NCBI GenBank assembly: GCA_947623505.1
Contig: CANQGT010000006.1
Span: 27,994-91,993, forward strand
Origin: an uncultured Clostridia bacterium
GTDB taxonomy: Bacteria > Bacillota > Clostridia > Oscillospirales > Acutalibacteraceae
Direction: 5' to 3'
DNA length: 64,000 nt
Every line of letters starts with the position of its first letter. Position 1 is the first letter of the stretch. The notes under the pieces were generated by a model. It saw only the letters and a program-made list of their open reading frames with translations, did no database searches and was not told the origin of the DNA. Below, one piece after another: positions 27,443-36,675 of the stretch. A program made the position numbers and the translations under genes.

Positions 27443-28453
27443 TTATTCGGCAAGCGCCTGCGCTACGGCAACGGCCGTCGCCACGGTTGCGCCTACCATC
27501 GGGTTGTTGCCCATTCCTATAAGTCCCATCATCTCAACGTGAGCGGGAACGGAGGAAGAGCCTGCGAACTGAGCGTCGCCGTGCATACGTCCCATAGAGT
27601 CCGTAAGACCGTAGGAAGCGGGGCCCGCGGCCATATTGTCGGGGTGAAGCGTGCGCCCCGTGCCGCCGCCGGAGGCAACGGAAAAGTATGATTTGCCGTT
27701 TTCAAGCGCCCATTTTTTGTAAGTGCCCGCAACAAGGTGCTGGAAACGCGTGGGGTTGGTTGAGTTGCCGGTAATGGAAACGTCAACTCCCTCCGCCTTC
27801 ATTATGGCAACGCCCTCAAGAACGTCGTTTGCGCCGTAGCATTTTACAGCGGCTCTCTCGCCGTCCGAAAACGCCTTTGTCTCAAGCACTTTAAGCTCGC
27901 CCGTGTAGAAATCGTAATCGGTTTTAACATAGGTAAAGCCGTTTATTCTTGAAATGATATATGCCGCGTCCTTGCCGAGACCGTTGAGAATGACTCTGAG
28001 CGGCTCTTTGCGGACCTTGTTCGCCGTGCGCGCAATACCGATAGCGCCCTCGGCGGCGGCAAAGCTCTCGTGGCCGGCAAGGAAAGCGAAACATTTCGTT
28101 TCCTCGCTCAAAAGCCTTGCGCCGAGATTTCCGTGGCCGAGGCCGACGTTTCTCTGCTCGGCAACCGAGCCGGGAATGCAGAAAGCCTGAAGCCCGACGC
28201 CTATTTTTTCGGACGCTTCCGACGCGGTCTTAACGCCGCTCTTTATCGCTACCGCCGCGCCGAGAGTGTAAGCCCAGCTGGCGTTTTCAAAAGCTATCGG
28301 CTGAACGCCCTTAACGATAGCGTCAACGTCGATGCCCTTTGATAAACATAAATCCCTTGCTTCCTCAAGACTCGAAAGACCGTACTGAGCAAGACATTTT
28401 TCGATTTTGGCAATTCTTCTTTCCTTGCCCTCAAATTTTACATCGTTTGCCAT
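27443..28453 (-). CDS. GGGtGRT family protein, function unknown
   Basis: 336 aa containing SVASGGGTGRTLHPDN, FLAGHESF and GNSTNPTRFQH. Confidence 0.92.
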   Translation of the reverse strand: MANDVKFEGKERRIAKIEKCLAQYGLSSLEEARDLCLSKGIDVDAIVKGVQPIAFENASWAYTLGAAVAIKSGVKTASEASEKIGVGLQAFCIPGSVAEQRNVGLGHGNLGARLLSEETKCFAFLAGHESFAAAEGAIGIARTANKVRKEPLRVILNGLGKDAAYIISRINGFTYVKTDYDFYTGELKVLETKAFSDGERAAVKCYGANDVLEGVAIMKAEGVDVSITGNSTNPTRFQHLVAGTYKKWALENGKSYFSVASGGGTGRTLHPDNMAAGPASYGLTDSMGRMHGDAQFAGSSSVPAHVEMMGLIGMGNNPMVGATVATAVAVAQALAE

Positions 28454-28471
28454 TTTACGTTCCTCCTTATC

Positions 28472-29164
28472 TTACTCTTCGCGCGGGTCGATATATTTCG
28501 CGGCGTTTGCGAAACGACCGTAGTTGCCTATATTAGCCTTGTATGCCTCGTCGGGGGATTTGCCGTGGCGTATATCCTCAAGCATCTTGCCCACCTTAAC
28601 GAATTCATAACCGATTACTTCGCCCTCTTCGTCAAGAGCCATACGGGTAACGTAGCCCTCCGCCATTTCCATATAGCGAACGCCCTTGTACTTTGTTGAG
28701 AACATTGTGCCCACCTGGCTGCGAAGTCCTTTTCCGAGATCCTCAAGAGCGGCGCCGACAACAAGTCCGTCCTCGGAGAACGCGCTCTGCGAGCGGCCGT
28801 AGGCGAGCTGCTTGAATATTTCCCTCATCGCAACGTTTATCGCGTCGCATACAAGGTCGGTGTTAAGGCATTCAAGCAGAGTTTTGCCCGGCAGTATTTC
28901 CGCCGCCATAGCCGCGGAATGAGTCATTCCGGAGCAGCCGATAGTCTCAACAAGAGCCTCTTCCACAATGCCGTTTTTAACGTTGAGGCTTATTTTGCAA
29001 GCGCCCTGCTGAGGAGCGCACCAGCCTATGCCGTGCGAAAAGCCGCTTATGTCGCCTATCTGGTAGGCCTTTACCCATTTGCCCTCCTCCGGGATAGGAG
29101 CAGGGCCGTGATGCGGACCTTTTTTAACGGTACACATCTGTTCAACTTCATTTGAATAAGTCAT
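28472..29164 (-). CDS. IscU/NifU-N-like Fe-S scaffold domain protein
   Basis: GWCAPQQGACK, ETIGCSGMTHS, GKTLLEC, DLVCDAI resemble the IscU Cys arrangement; about 120-aa extra C-terminal region. Confidence 0.75.
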   Translation of the reverse strand: MTYSNEVEQMCTVKKGPHHGPAPIPEEGKWVKAYQIGDISGFSHGIGWCAPQQGACKISLNVKNGIVEEALVETIGCSGMTHSAAMAAEILPGKTLLECLNTDLVCDAINVAMREIFKQLAYGRSQSAFSEDGLVVGAALEDLGKGLRSQVGTMFSTKYKGVRYMEMAEGYVTRMALDEEGEVIGYEFVKVGKMLEDIRHGKSPDEAYKANIGNYGRFANAAKYIDPREE

Positions 29165-29211
29165 ACTTTATACTCCTTTGATTTATTTATAATTAAAAAT
29201 TATAAGCATAT

Positions 29212-29240
29212 TATAACCAATGCGCCGCGCCTCTGCAAGT
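29212..29240 (-). promoter_or_regulatory. Sigma-A promoter of the IscU-like/GGGtGRT operon
   Basis: Minus strand reads TTGCAG-N17-TATAAT, followed by AAGGAG before the ATG; coordinates approximate. Confidence 0.65.
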
Positions 29241-29366
29241 AAAATGTGATAAAATTTGCCATAAATGCCGAATTTCAACACATTGCCCGAAAGCGGATAT
29301 TCGGGTAAATAATATTTTATTTATTTTTAAACGCCCGCGCGTATTTTATATAATATCGGCAGGATT

Positions 29367-30254
29367 TCAGCCGAAATTCGTTTCTATTATTTTTTTTGTA
29401 AGCTTTTCCGTCGGGAAATCGCAGTAAACGGTGCCGTAATAAAACTCACTGTTGAGCGGATAGGCGATAAAATGCGGATTTATGTATTTTGAGTTCGCGC
29501 GGGGACCCTTGAGCCCTCCCGCCGTGGAGAGATAGTTTATTATGTAAGTGCCGTCAAACGGCGCGGCAGAGTCGAGAAATGGTTTTATACATTCGTTCCA
29601 GCGCGGTTCGGGCTTATATTTATATCTGTCCTGAACCGTGAAAACGGCGTTGTGCTCTCCGCCCGTTCGCAGGGTGAGCGGTTCGGGAACCGCCTCGGTC
29701 TGCTCCACCCAGCCGGAAAAATCTATGCCGGTGTTATATTCGGTGAATTCCTCTCTCTTTTGCATTTTGCAGCGGCGGATAAGCACTATCTTTCCCCTCG
29801 ATTCGCCGAGCGTGGGAACGCGGTTCTCAAGAAACCATCCGCTCTCGTTCCCCTTAATATAGGTATAAAAGAGATTGTCGAAGCATTTTTCGTTTTCGCC
29901 GCCGTCGTTTTTAAACTGGAAGATTATCGCTTCGCTCGGATTTTCGTCAAGAAAGCGAAAGCAGTGCCTCAGCACGTCGGCCATATCCATCTGAGCGCCG
30001 AATTTATTCGGCGTGTTGAACGCTTTAGCGATGCCGTGCACCATTTTGAGCCTGTCCCCGTCGCTCTGCACCCTTATGTCAAGGGCGCGCACCCCAAGGC
30101 AAAGCTGGCCGTAAATATCAAGATTTTGGCATCGTGATATGTGGGAAAACTGAACGTATTTCGTAACGCAGTCGTGGGTGCCCGGAATATTGTATCGCAA
30201 TATCGGCGTTTCGGGATTAAGTTCTTTCATCCATTTTTTTAAGTTTATCTCCAT
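29367..30254 (-). CDS. Phosphatidylinositol-specific phospholipase C X-domain protein, no signal peptide
   Basis: IPGTHDC, QLCLGVRALDIR, MVHG, RGKIVLIRR, VQDRY. Confidence 0.85.
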   Translation of the reverse strand: MEINLKKWMKELNPETPILRYNIPGTHDCVTKYVQFSHISRCQNLDIYGQLCLGVRALDIRVQSDGDRLKMVHGIAKAFNTPNKFGAQMDMADVLRHCFRFLDENPSEAIIFQFKNDGGENEKCFDNLFYTYIKGNESGWFLENRVPTLGESRGKIVLIRRCKMQKREEFTEYNTGIDFSGWVEQTEAVPEPLTLRTGGEHNAVFTVQDRYKYKPEPRWNECIKPFLDSAAPFDGTYIINYLSTAGGLKGPRANSKYINPHFIAYPLNSEFYYGTVYCDFPTEKLTKKIIETNFG

Positions 30255-30350
30255 ATCAATCACCTAATTAAGTATATCACCTTTTAAATCACAATTCAAT
30301 GATTGAAAAGAGATTGCCGCGGGATTATAATAAATTAGGGAGGCGCGGCT

Positions 30351-30794
30351 ATGTTATTACTTGAAAAAATCGGCAGGATAACGCCAAAGCAGGACAAGAC
30401 GAATATTCCCATTGAATTTTCCGTTGAAAAAGGAACGGAAAAGCTTGTTATAGAATACTTGTATTTTCCGAAAAAATGCAGTGACGGCGACGCGCGCGAG
30501 ATGCTCGTAAATAGTATTGAAAAATATCTCGGCAAAGACTGCGGCGCGGTGCCGGAGGATTTTATGCCGGTAAATAATCTGATAACCCTTTCGCTTGACG
30601 GAAACGGCGTTTACAGAGGCGCCGCCCATCGGCAGGCTAATGAACAGCGCCACGAAATAGGCGAGGATTATGCCTCGCCCGGCTTTTTAAAAGGCAAAAT
30701 AGACGCGGGAAGCTGGCAGGTCGTTTTGAACGTTCACTGCTGCGCCTGCCCGGTTTCATATAAGATAAAAATAACGGGGGAGGCGGCAAAATGA
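30351..30794 (+). CDS. Hypothetical beta-rich protein, probable partner of the downstream metallohydrolase
   Basis: GGAGG RBS; ITLSLDGNGVYRGAAHR and GSWQVVLNVHCCAC; ATGA overlap with the next gene. Confidence 0.65.
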   Translation: MLLLEKIGRITPKQDKTNIPIEFSVEKGTEKLVIEYLYFPKKCSDGDAREMLVNSIEKYLGKDCGAVPEDFMPVNNLITLSLDGNGVYRGAAHRQANEQRHEIGEDYASPGFLKGKIDAGSWQVVLNVHCCACPVSYKIKITGEAAK

Positions 30795-31741
30795 AATATA
30801 TCGCTTCGGAGCTCCATTGCCACACTTTGCATTCAGACGGCGGTTTTACGCCGAAAGGCCTGCAACAAGCCGCCGTTGAGGACGGTATTGAAATCATAGC
30901 TTTGACCGACCATAACACATTCAGCGGCATATCGGAGCTTGATGAAAAAATATGCCCGTTTATAAGAGGCATTGAATGGACCACTTATTTCGGCCATATG
31001 CTTGTGCTTGGGGCCGAAGATTTTGTTGATTGGCGCGACGCCGTACCGGACAATATTGACGAAAAAATTTCCGCCGTAAAAAAATCGGGCGGAATTGTCG
31101 GCATAGCCCACCCGTTTCAGTGCGGTTCGCCTATTTGCACCGGCGGCAGATGGGAATTTAACGTGAAAAAATGGGAAAATGTTGATTATATGGAAATATG
31201 GCACGAGGAACTTTTTCACGGCAGCGCCGAAAATATAAATTCCGTTTTAATGTGGAACGATCTTCTTGATAAGGGATACAGGATTGCCGCCGTTTACGGC
31301 AGGGATTGGCACAGACCGTCAACCGAAAACCGATTTTACGGGCGCACATATCTCGGCGTGGAGGGCTGTTTGTGCGGGGAAAGCGCGCTTGAGGCGATAA
31401 AAAACTGCCGCACCGTTGTTTCCGCGGGAGCGCTGTTTTACTTCAACGTTTACGCCGGCGGGAAAAAATACGGTATAGGCTCTCGGGTGCCGGCGGGCAA
31501 ATTAAAATTTGAGTTTACCGTTGATACGAAGACGCAGGGAAACACGGCTTGTGCGCAAAATATAAAATATGAAGAAATATTTATAACAGGGAACGGCGGC
31601 AATACGATTGCGAAGCTGCCCATTGAAGAAAAAACCGCCGAAATAACCGTTAAACAGGGCGCTTGGTACAGAGCCGAGCTTTGGGGAACGGTAAACGGTG
31701 AATTTCAAATGCTTGCCGTTACAAGCCCGATTTATACTTGA
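30791..31741 (+). CDS. CehA/McbA family PHP metallohydrolase
   Basis: ELHCHTLHSDG, ALTDHN, GIEWTTYFGH, IAHPF, GRDWH. Confidence 0.85.
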   Translation: MKYIASELHCHTLHSDGGFTPKGLQQAAVEDGIEIIALTDHNTFSGISELDEKICPFIRGIEWTTYFGHMLVLGAEDFVDWRDAVPDNIDEKISAVKKSGGIVGIAHPFQCGSPICTGGRWEFNVKKWENVDYMEIWHEELFHGSAENINSVLMWNDLLDKGYRIAAVYGRDWHRPSTENRFYGRTYLGVEGCLCGESALEAIKNCRTVVSAGALFYFNVYAGGKKYGIGSRVPAGKLKFEFTVDTKTQGNTACAQNIKYEEIFITGNGGNTIAKLPIEEKTAEITVKQGAWYRAELWGTVNGEFQMLAVTSPIYT

Positions 31742-31758
31742 TTTTCGGAGGCGGGATT

Positions 31759-32112
31759 TTGAACAGAGAAGAACTTATCGAATATGCTGTTTCGGAGCAC
31801 GGCGCTCAGCCGGAATATCTTTGGAAAAAATATCCGAATTATTTTGTGCTGCGCCATTCGGCGGGCGGAAAGTGGTTTGCCGTTGTGATGGATGTGCCAA
31901 AGCGCCGCCTCGGGCTTGACAGAGACGGCAGCGTGTATATCGCCGATTTAAAATGCGGCCCGATTTTAGGCGGTTCGTACCTCGGCAAAAAAGGATTTTT
32001 ACCGGCATACCATATGAATAAGGAAAACTGGATATCCGTTTTGCTCGACGGCAGCGTTCCGCGTGAAGAATTTATAACACTGCTTGAAACGAGTTATTAT
32101 CTTACAAAATAA
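31759..32112 (+). CDS. MmcQ/YjbR family protein
   Basis: YLWKKYPNYFVLRH...KWFAVVM...LKC...PAYHMNKENWISV; TTG start after GGAGG. Confidence 0.9.
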   Translation: MNREELIEYAVSEHGAQPEYLWKKYPNYFVLRHSAGGKWFAVVMDVPKRRLGLDRDGSVYIADLKCGPILGGSYLGKKGFLPAYHMNKENWISVLLDGSVPREEFITLLETSYYLTK

Positions 32113-32129
32113 TTATATTTATAAAATAT

Positions 32130-32168
32130 GCGCCCCGTAAGCCGCTGAAGCTTCGGGGCGCTTTTGCC
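32130..32168. terminator. Hairpin terminator between convergent genes
   Basis: gcgccccg / cggggcgc followed by T-rich sequence. Confidence 0.6.
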
Positions 32169-32241
32169 TTTTCCTGTATCAAAAATATTTGTTTTAAAGA
32201 AATACTGCCTTATCGGCGCTCCCCTCAGCTATATTATTAAA

Positions 32242-33663
32242 TCAATAATCTTTGGGATCGTATTCGGCGGCGCCCTCGGGTGTGTCTCTGAAATACTGGG
32301 TAAACGGCTTGAAGCGCTCCGTTTCCTCCCAAATTTCCTTCGCCCTCGGAGCCCAGTTTTTGGCGTAAGTCTCGCATTTGGCGCACAGAGCCTCCGCGCT
32401 TTCGGCGCAGATGAGGTTTGTTGATTTAGCGCCGCTTCGTTCAACCATTTTGCGCAATGCCTGCGGGTTTTCAAGCATTGGGCAGGGGCGCAGCATATTT
32501 TTGTTAAACGGCTGGCCTTTGTAATATTCCCTAAAAAGGGGCGATCTCAGGCATTCTATTATTGATTTTTCCCTTATGTTTGAATCGGAATAGTGTATGA
32601 AAACGCAGGGCTCCACGTCGCCCTCGGAATTAACGTGAAAATAGTTCCGTCCGCCCGCGATACAGCCGCCCACAAACTCGGCGTCGTTCTGAAAATCCAC
32701 GGTGAATATGGGCTTCCCTGTTTTGCCGTTTCGCTTTTCCCTTATGGCGCGGTAAACGTGCTCGCGCTGATCGGGAGTGAGCAAAAGAGAAGTGTCCGCG
32801 TCGCCTCCCACGGGCATATAGTGGAAAAACCACATATATTTCGCGCCGAGGGAGATCATATCATCGTAAAAACCGTCGCTTGTAACGGCTTCGTAGTTTT
32901 TGCTCGTGTAGCATACCGACGTTCCGAAAAGGCAGCCGTGCTTTTTAAGCTTTTTCATTGCATCAACCGTTTTGTCGTAGGTGCCTTCGCCGCGCCGCTC
33001 GTCGTTCGTTTCACGCGTTCCCTCTATTGAAAGCGCAAGCCCGAAATTCCCGCATTTATTCAATCCTTCGCAAAATTCATCGTCAACGAGAGTGCCGTTT
33101 GTAAACGCGAGAAAAATGCAGTCGCGGTTTTCAAGGGCAAGCGTTATAAGATCCTTTTTTCTTATAAGCGGCTCGCCGCCCGTGAACATAAAGAAATGGG
33201 TGCCGAGTTCCTTGCTCTGCGAAATTATTTTCCGCATCTCGTCAAGCGTAAGATTTGATTTATATCCGTATTCCGCCGCCCAGCAGCCCTTGCATTTGAG
33301 ATTGCAGGCGGAGGTGGGATCAAGAAGCACCACCCACGGAATGTTGATATGCAGTTCGTCTCTTTTTTTGCGCAGGGCGGAGGTGCCTATAAGCCCCAGG
33401 TCTATGGCAAAGGTAAGCGCCGCCGTTTGAAGTACGCCGCGGTCAATATCTCTTATGCCGTCAAAGAGATAGCGGTGCCAAACGTTGTTTTCGTCGGAAA
33501 TTATTTCTATCGGCTTTGTAAAGGTGCTTTCGGGATACATCTTTCCCGTAACTCTTTTGCCGATTTTTACAAGGCGAAGCATATTCTTTTTTGGATCTTT
33601 ATAAATGTATCTGAAAACTCGGTTTCCGATACCGTGCAGAAGTCTGCTTCTTGATGATGACAT
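32242..33663 (-). CDS. Radical SAM protein with a SPASM/twitch-like C-terminus, function unknown
   Basis: CNLKCKGC, TGGEP, FTNG, GCIAGG...GDVEPC, later RPCP and CAKC. Confidence 0.9.
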   Translation of the reverse strand: MSSSRSRLLHGIGNRVFRYIYKDPKKNMLRLVKIGKRVTGKMYPESTFTKPIEIISDENNVWHRYLFDGIRDIDRGVLQTAALTFAIDLGLIGTSALRKKRDELHINIPWVVLLDPTSACNLKCKGCWAAEYGYKSNLTLDEMRKIISQSKELGTHFFMFTGGEPLIRKKDLITLALENRDCIFLAFTNGTLVDDEFCEGLNKCGNFGLALSIEGTRETNDERRGEGTYDKTVDAMKKLKKHGCLFGTSVCYTSKNYEAVTSDGFYDDMISLGAKYMWFFHYMPVGGDADTSLLLTPDQREHVYRAIREKRNGKTGKPIFTVDFQNDAEFVGGCIAGGRNYFHVNSEGDVEPCVFIHYSDSNIREKSIIECLRSPLFREYYKGQPFNKNMLRPCPMLENPQALRKMVERSGAKSTNLICAESAEALCAKCETYAKNWAPRAKEIWEETERFKPFTQYFRDTPEGAAEYDPKDY

Positions 33664-33711
33664 AATTTACCTCTCTTAAGATTTCCCGATTGTGATTGAA
33701 AAATATATTTC

Positions 33712-35400
33712 TTACATCGAATCGGGCGCGTTTATTTTAAGCATTGTAAGAACGTTTTTAATTGTGTCTCTTGCGGCAATGCAAAGGCGCAGTCTTGCCT
33801 GTGTGAGGCTTTCGTCTTTGCATATAACGCGGTGCGCGTTGTAGAATTTGTGAAAAAGAGTGGCGAGTTCTATAACGTACCTCGTGATATTCGCCGGATT
33901 GTATTCGCTTGCGGAGGATATGATTTCGTCGGTAAGCGCCGCCAAATGGGAAATCAGTTCCTTTTCCTCTTTTTCGCAAAGGAGATCGAGCTCGCCGTCT
34001 GAAACTTCTCTCGGCTCTATTCCCTCGCTTTGCGCCTTTTTAAGTATGGAGCATATTCGCGCGTGGGCGTATTGCACATAATATACGGGATTTTGGCTCG
34101 TCTCCTTAACGGCGAGGTCAAGGTCAAAATCGAAATGCGAGTTCGGCTCTCGCAGATTGAAGAAAAATCTCGCGGCGTCTATCGGTATCTCCTCAAGCAG
34201 AGTGGTCAGAGTGATTGCCTTACCCGAACGCTTTGAGAGCTTTATCGTCTCCCCGTCGCGCACAAGGTTTACCATCTGCATAATAACGCAGTCAAGCCTT
34301 GACGCATCTATGCCGAGAGCGGAAAGCGCCGCTTTCATACGGGGCACATATCCGTGATGATCCGCGCCGAGCACGTTTACCGCCTTGTCAAAGCCCCTTG
34401 TTACAAGCTTGTTGTAATGATACGCGATATCGGGCACGATATATGTCGGCAATCCGTTGGAGCGGACAAGAACTATATCTTTATCATTGCCGAATTGCGA
34501 CGCCTTAAACCAAACGGCGCCGTCCTGCTCGTAAGTTACGCCGAGACTTTTCAGCTTTTCGATAACGGCGGCAACCGAACCGTCGTTGTGAAGCGAGCTC
34601 TCTTTGAACCAGCGGTCGTATTTTATGCGGTAGCGAAGAAGATCGTTTTCAAGCCCCGCAATGTTTTTCGGCAGAGCGTAATCAACAAGCGCTTTTCGCC
34701 TTTCGGCGCTGTTTGCGTCAACGAATTTATCGCCGTATTCCGCCGCGAAGTTTTTGGCGTGTTCCGTTATGTCCGCGCCGTGGTAGGCGTCCTCCGGCAT
34801 CTCCACGCCGTCCTTATAAATCTGCAAATAGCGAACCTCAAGCGATGTGGCGAATTTCTCTATTTGATTTCCCGCGTCGTTCACATAAAACTCACGGCTT
34901 ACGGAGTATCCCGCGTATTCAAGAACGGACGCGAGGCAGTCGCCGATGGCGCCTCCGCGCGCGTTTCCGATGTGCATGGGGCCCGTTGGATTTGCCGAAA
35001 CAAATTCAACGATAACTTTTTTGCCCTTGCCGAAATCCGATTTTCCGTAGTCGCTCCCTTTTGAAGCTATATCCTTAAGTATCTCGGTGTAATATCTTTG
35101 AGAAAGATAAAAATTCAGAAATCCCGGCCCCGCTATCTCTACTCTGTCAAAAAGAGTTCCCGAAAGGTCAATGTTGTTTTTTATAGCGTTCGCAATCGTT
35201 CTCGGAGCCGTTTTGTAAGCCCTCGCGCCCGCCATCGCTATATTTGCCGAAAAATCGCCGTTGGCGCTGTTGGCGGGCTTTTCGATAATGAAGTCCGGGA
35301 TTTCCGCCTTTGGCAGTTCGCCGTTTTTTACCGCCGCGTCAAGCGCTTTGATAAGCTCTTTTCTCAGAGCGGCCTGAGTTTCTTTTACCAGTAACGACAT
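33712..35400 (-). CDS. argS: Arginine-tRNA ligase
   Basis: EFVSANPTGPMHIGNARG, GADHHGY, KLSKRSG, YYVQYAHARI. Confidence 0.98.
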   Translation of the reverse strand: MSLLVKETQAALRKELIKALDAAVKNGELPKAEIPDFIIEKPANSANGDFSANIAMAGARAYKTAPRTIANAIKNNIDLSGTLFDRVEIAGPGFLNFYLSQRYYTEILKDIASKGSDYGKSDFGKGKKVIVEFVSANPTGPMHIGNARGGAIGDCLASVLEYAGYSVSREFYVNDAGNQIEKFATSLEVRYLQIYKDGVEMPEDAYHGADITEHAKNFAAEYGDKFVDANSAERRKALVDYALPKNIAGLENDLLRYRIKYDRWFKESSLHNDGSVAAVIEKLKSLGVTYEQDGAVWFKASQFGNDKDIVLVRSNGLPTYIVPDIAYHYNKLVTRGFDKAVNVLGADHHGYVPRMKAALSALGIDASRLDCVIMQMVNLVRDGETIKLSKRSGKAITLTTLLEEIPIDAARFFFNLREPNSHFDFDLDLAVKETSQNPVYYVQYAHARICSILKKAQSEGIEPREVSDGELDLLCEKEEKELISHLAALTDEIISSASEYNPANITRYVIELATLFHKFYNAHRVICKDESLTQARLRLCIAARDTIKNVLTMLKINAPDSM

Positions 35401-35859
35401 TTATATTTCTCCTTTGTTTTCTTTACTCTCGGATTTTCTTTTAACACGGAATTTCATATCCACCGTGTTTTTTGAGGCAAGCGAGCCGTTTACGTCTATA
35501 TCGTATCGAAAGGTGAATCTGCCGCTTGCCTCGGAACGCACGATTTCGGATTCCCTGCCGTAAACGCCCATAAGTATACTGCCGAACGGCGTGTTGTAGT
35601 GGCATAGATTGCGCTTTGATTTTTCTATCATAAGGCAGCTGTCAAACGCTCCGCTTCGTGTCATTTCAACGGCGCTGCCGTCTTTCTGTATTCTCACCGT
35701 TACGTTTACGGGCTCTGTCGGCGGATCCTGCTCCTCCGTGTATTTTATAATGTAAGCCGTGCCGTCGTCTCGAAGCGTTCCCATAGTGGTAAGCTGCACC
35801 CTGCCGCTCCTGCCGTTCGCGAACTGAGTGCCCGTGATATCCAAAAGAATCCTGTCCAT
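35401..35859 (-). CDS. DUF1934 (YwiB-like) protein
   Basis: Beta-rich; HYNTPFGSILMG motif; sits directly upstream of argS as ywiB does in Bacillus. Confidence 0.8.
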   Translation of the reverse strand: MDRILLDITGTQFANGRSGRVQLTTMGTLRDDGTAYIIKYTEEQDPPTEPVNVTVRIQKDGSAVEMTRSGAFDSCLMIEKSKRNLCHYNTPFGSILMGVYGRESEIVRSEASGRFTFRYDIDVNGSLASKNTVDMKFRVKRKSESKENKGEI

Positions 35860-35865
35860 AAACAA

Positions 35866-36675
35866 TTACCGCGCCGTTTCGCTGAAGGTCACGCTGTCGG
35901 ATATATCCGTGCCAAGCAGCGTTTTGGCTATCATTGAAAAATTCTGAGTTTTATCCGAAACAAAATATCTTGCCGTGCCGATATGGCTCTTTTCGTTTTC
36001 AAGATTATTTTCCTCAAGCATTTTTTTCGCCTGCATAACGGCCTCAAAGCCGCTGTCGATAAGCGTGACTCCCGCACCCGCAACGCTTTGGATTATAGGC
36101 GCCAGATGGGGAAAGTGCGTGCAGCCCAAAATAATCGTGTCCGTATCTTCGTCAAGAAGCGGCTTGATATAGCGCGCTATTATCTCTTTTGAGATAAAAT
36201 TGTCCTCATCTATCCAGTTGTTTTCAACAAGCGTAACAAGAACGGGGCAGGAAACGCCGAAGACTTCCGCCCGCGGCGAAAGGCGGCGTATCTCCCTTTC
36301 GTAAGCCCCGCTGTTTATCGAAGCGGAGGTGGCCATAACGCCTATTCTGCCGTTTTTCGTAGCCCTGACCGCCGCGAGGCAGGAGGGCTTTACCACTCCG
36401 ACGAACGGCTCTTTTATTTTTGCCGCGGCATTCACGGCAACGGATGAAACCGTGCCGCAGGCCGCCATTATCAGCTTGCAGTCGAACTGTTCAAGAAATT
36501 TGATATCGTCGCTCGCGAACGCCTCTATCGTCTTTTCGCTTCTTGAACCGTAGGGCACTCTCTGAGTGTCTCCGAAATATATTATATCCTCATTAGGCAG
36601 GTTCTTAAACACCGCCTTAACGGCGCACAATCCGCCGAGTCCGGAATCGAATATACCTATTGGGCGCGTGTCCAT
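35866..36675 (-). CDS. murI: Glutamate racemase
   Basis: IGIFDSGLGG, GDTQRVPYG, ACGTVS, ILGCTHFP. Confidence 0.96.
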   Translation of the reverse strand: MDTRPIGIFDSGLGGLCAVKAVFKNLPNEDIIYFGDTQRVPYGSRSEKTIEAFASDDIKFLEQFDCKLIMAACGTVSSVAVNAAAKIKEPFVGVVKPSCLAAVRATKNGRIGVMATSASINSGAYEREIRRLSPRAEVFGVSCPVLVTLVENNWIDEDNFISKEIIARYIKPLLDEDTDTIILGCTHFPHLAPIIQSVAGAGVTLIDSGFEAVMQAKKMLEENNLENEKSHIGTARYFVSDKTQNFSMIAKTLLGTDISDSVTFSETAR

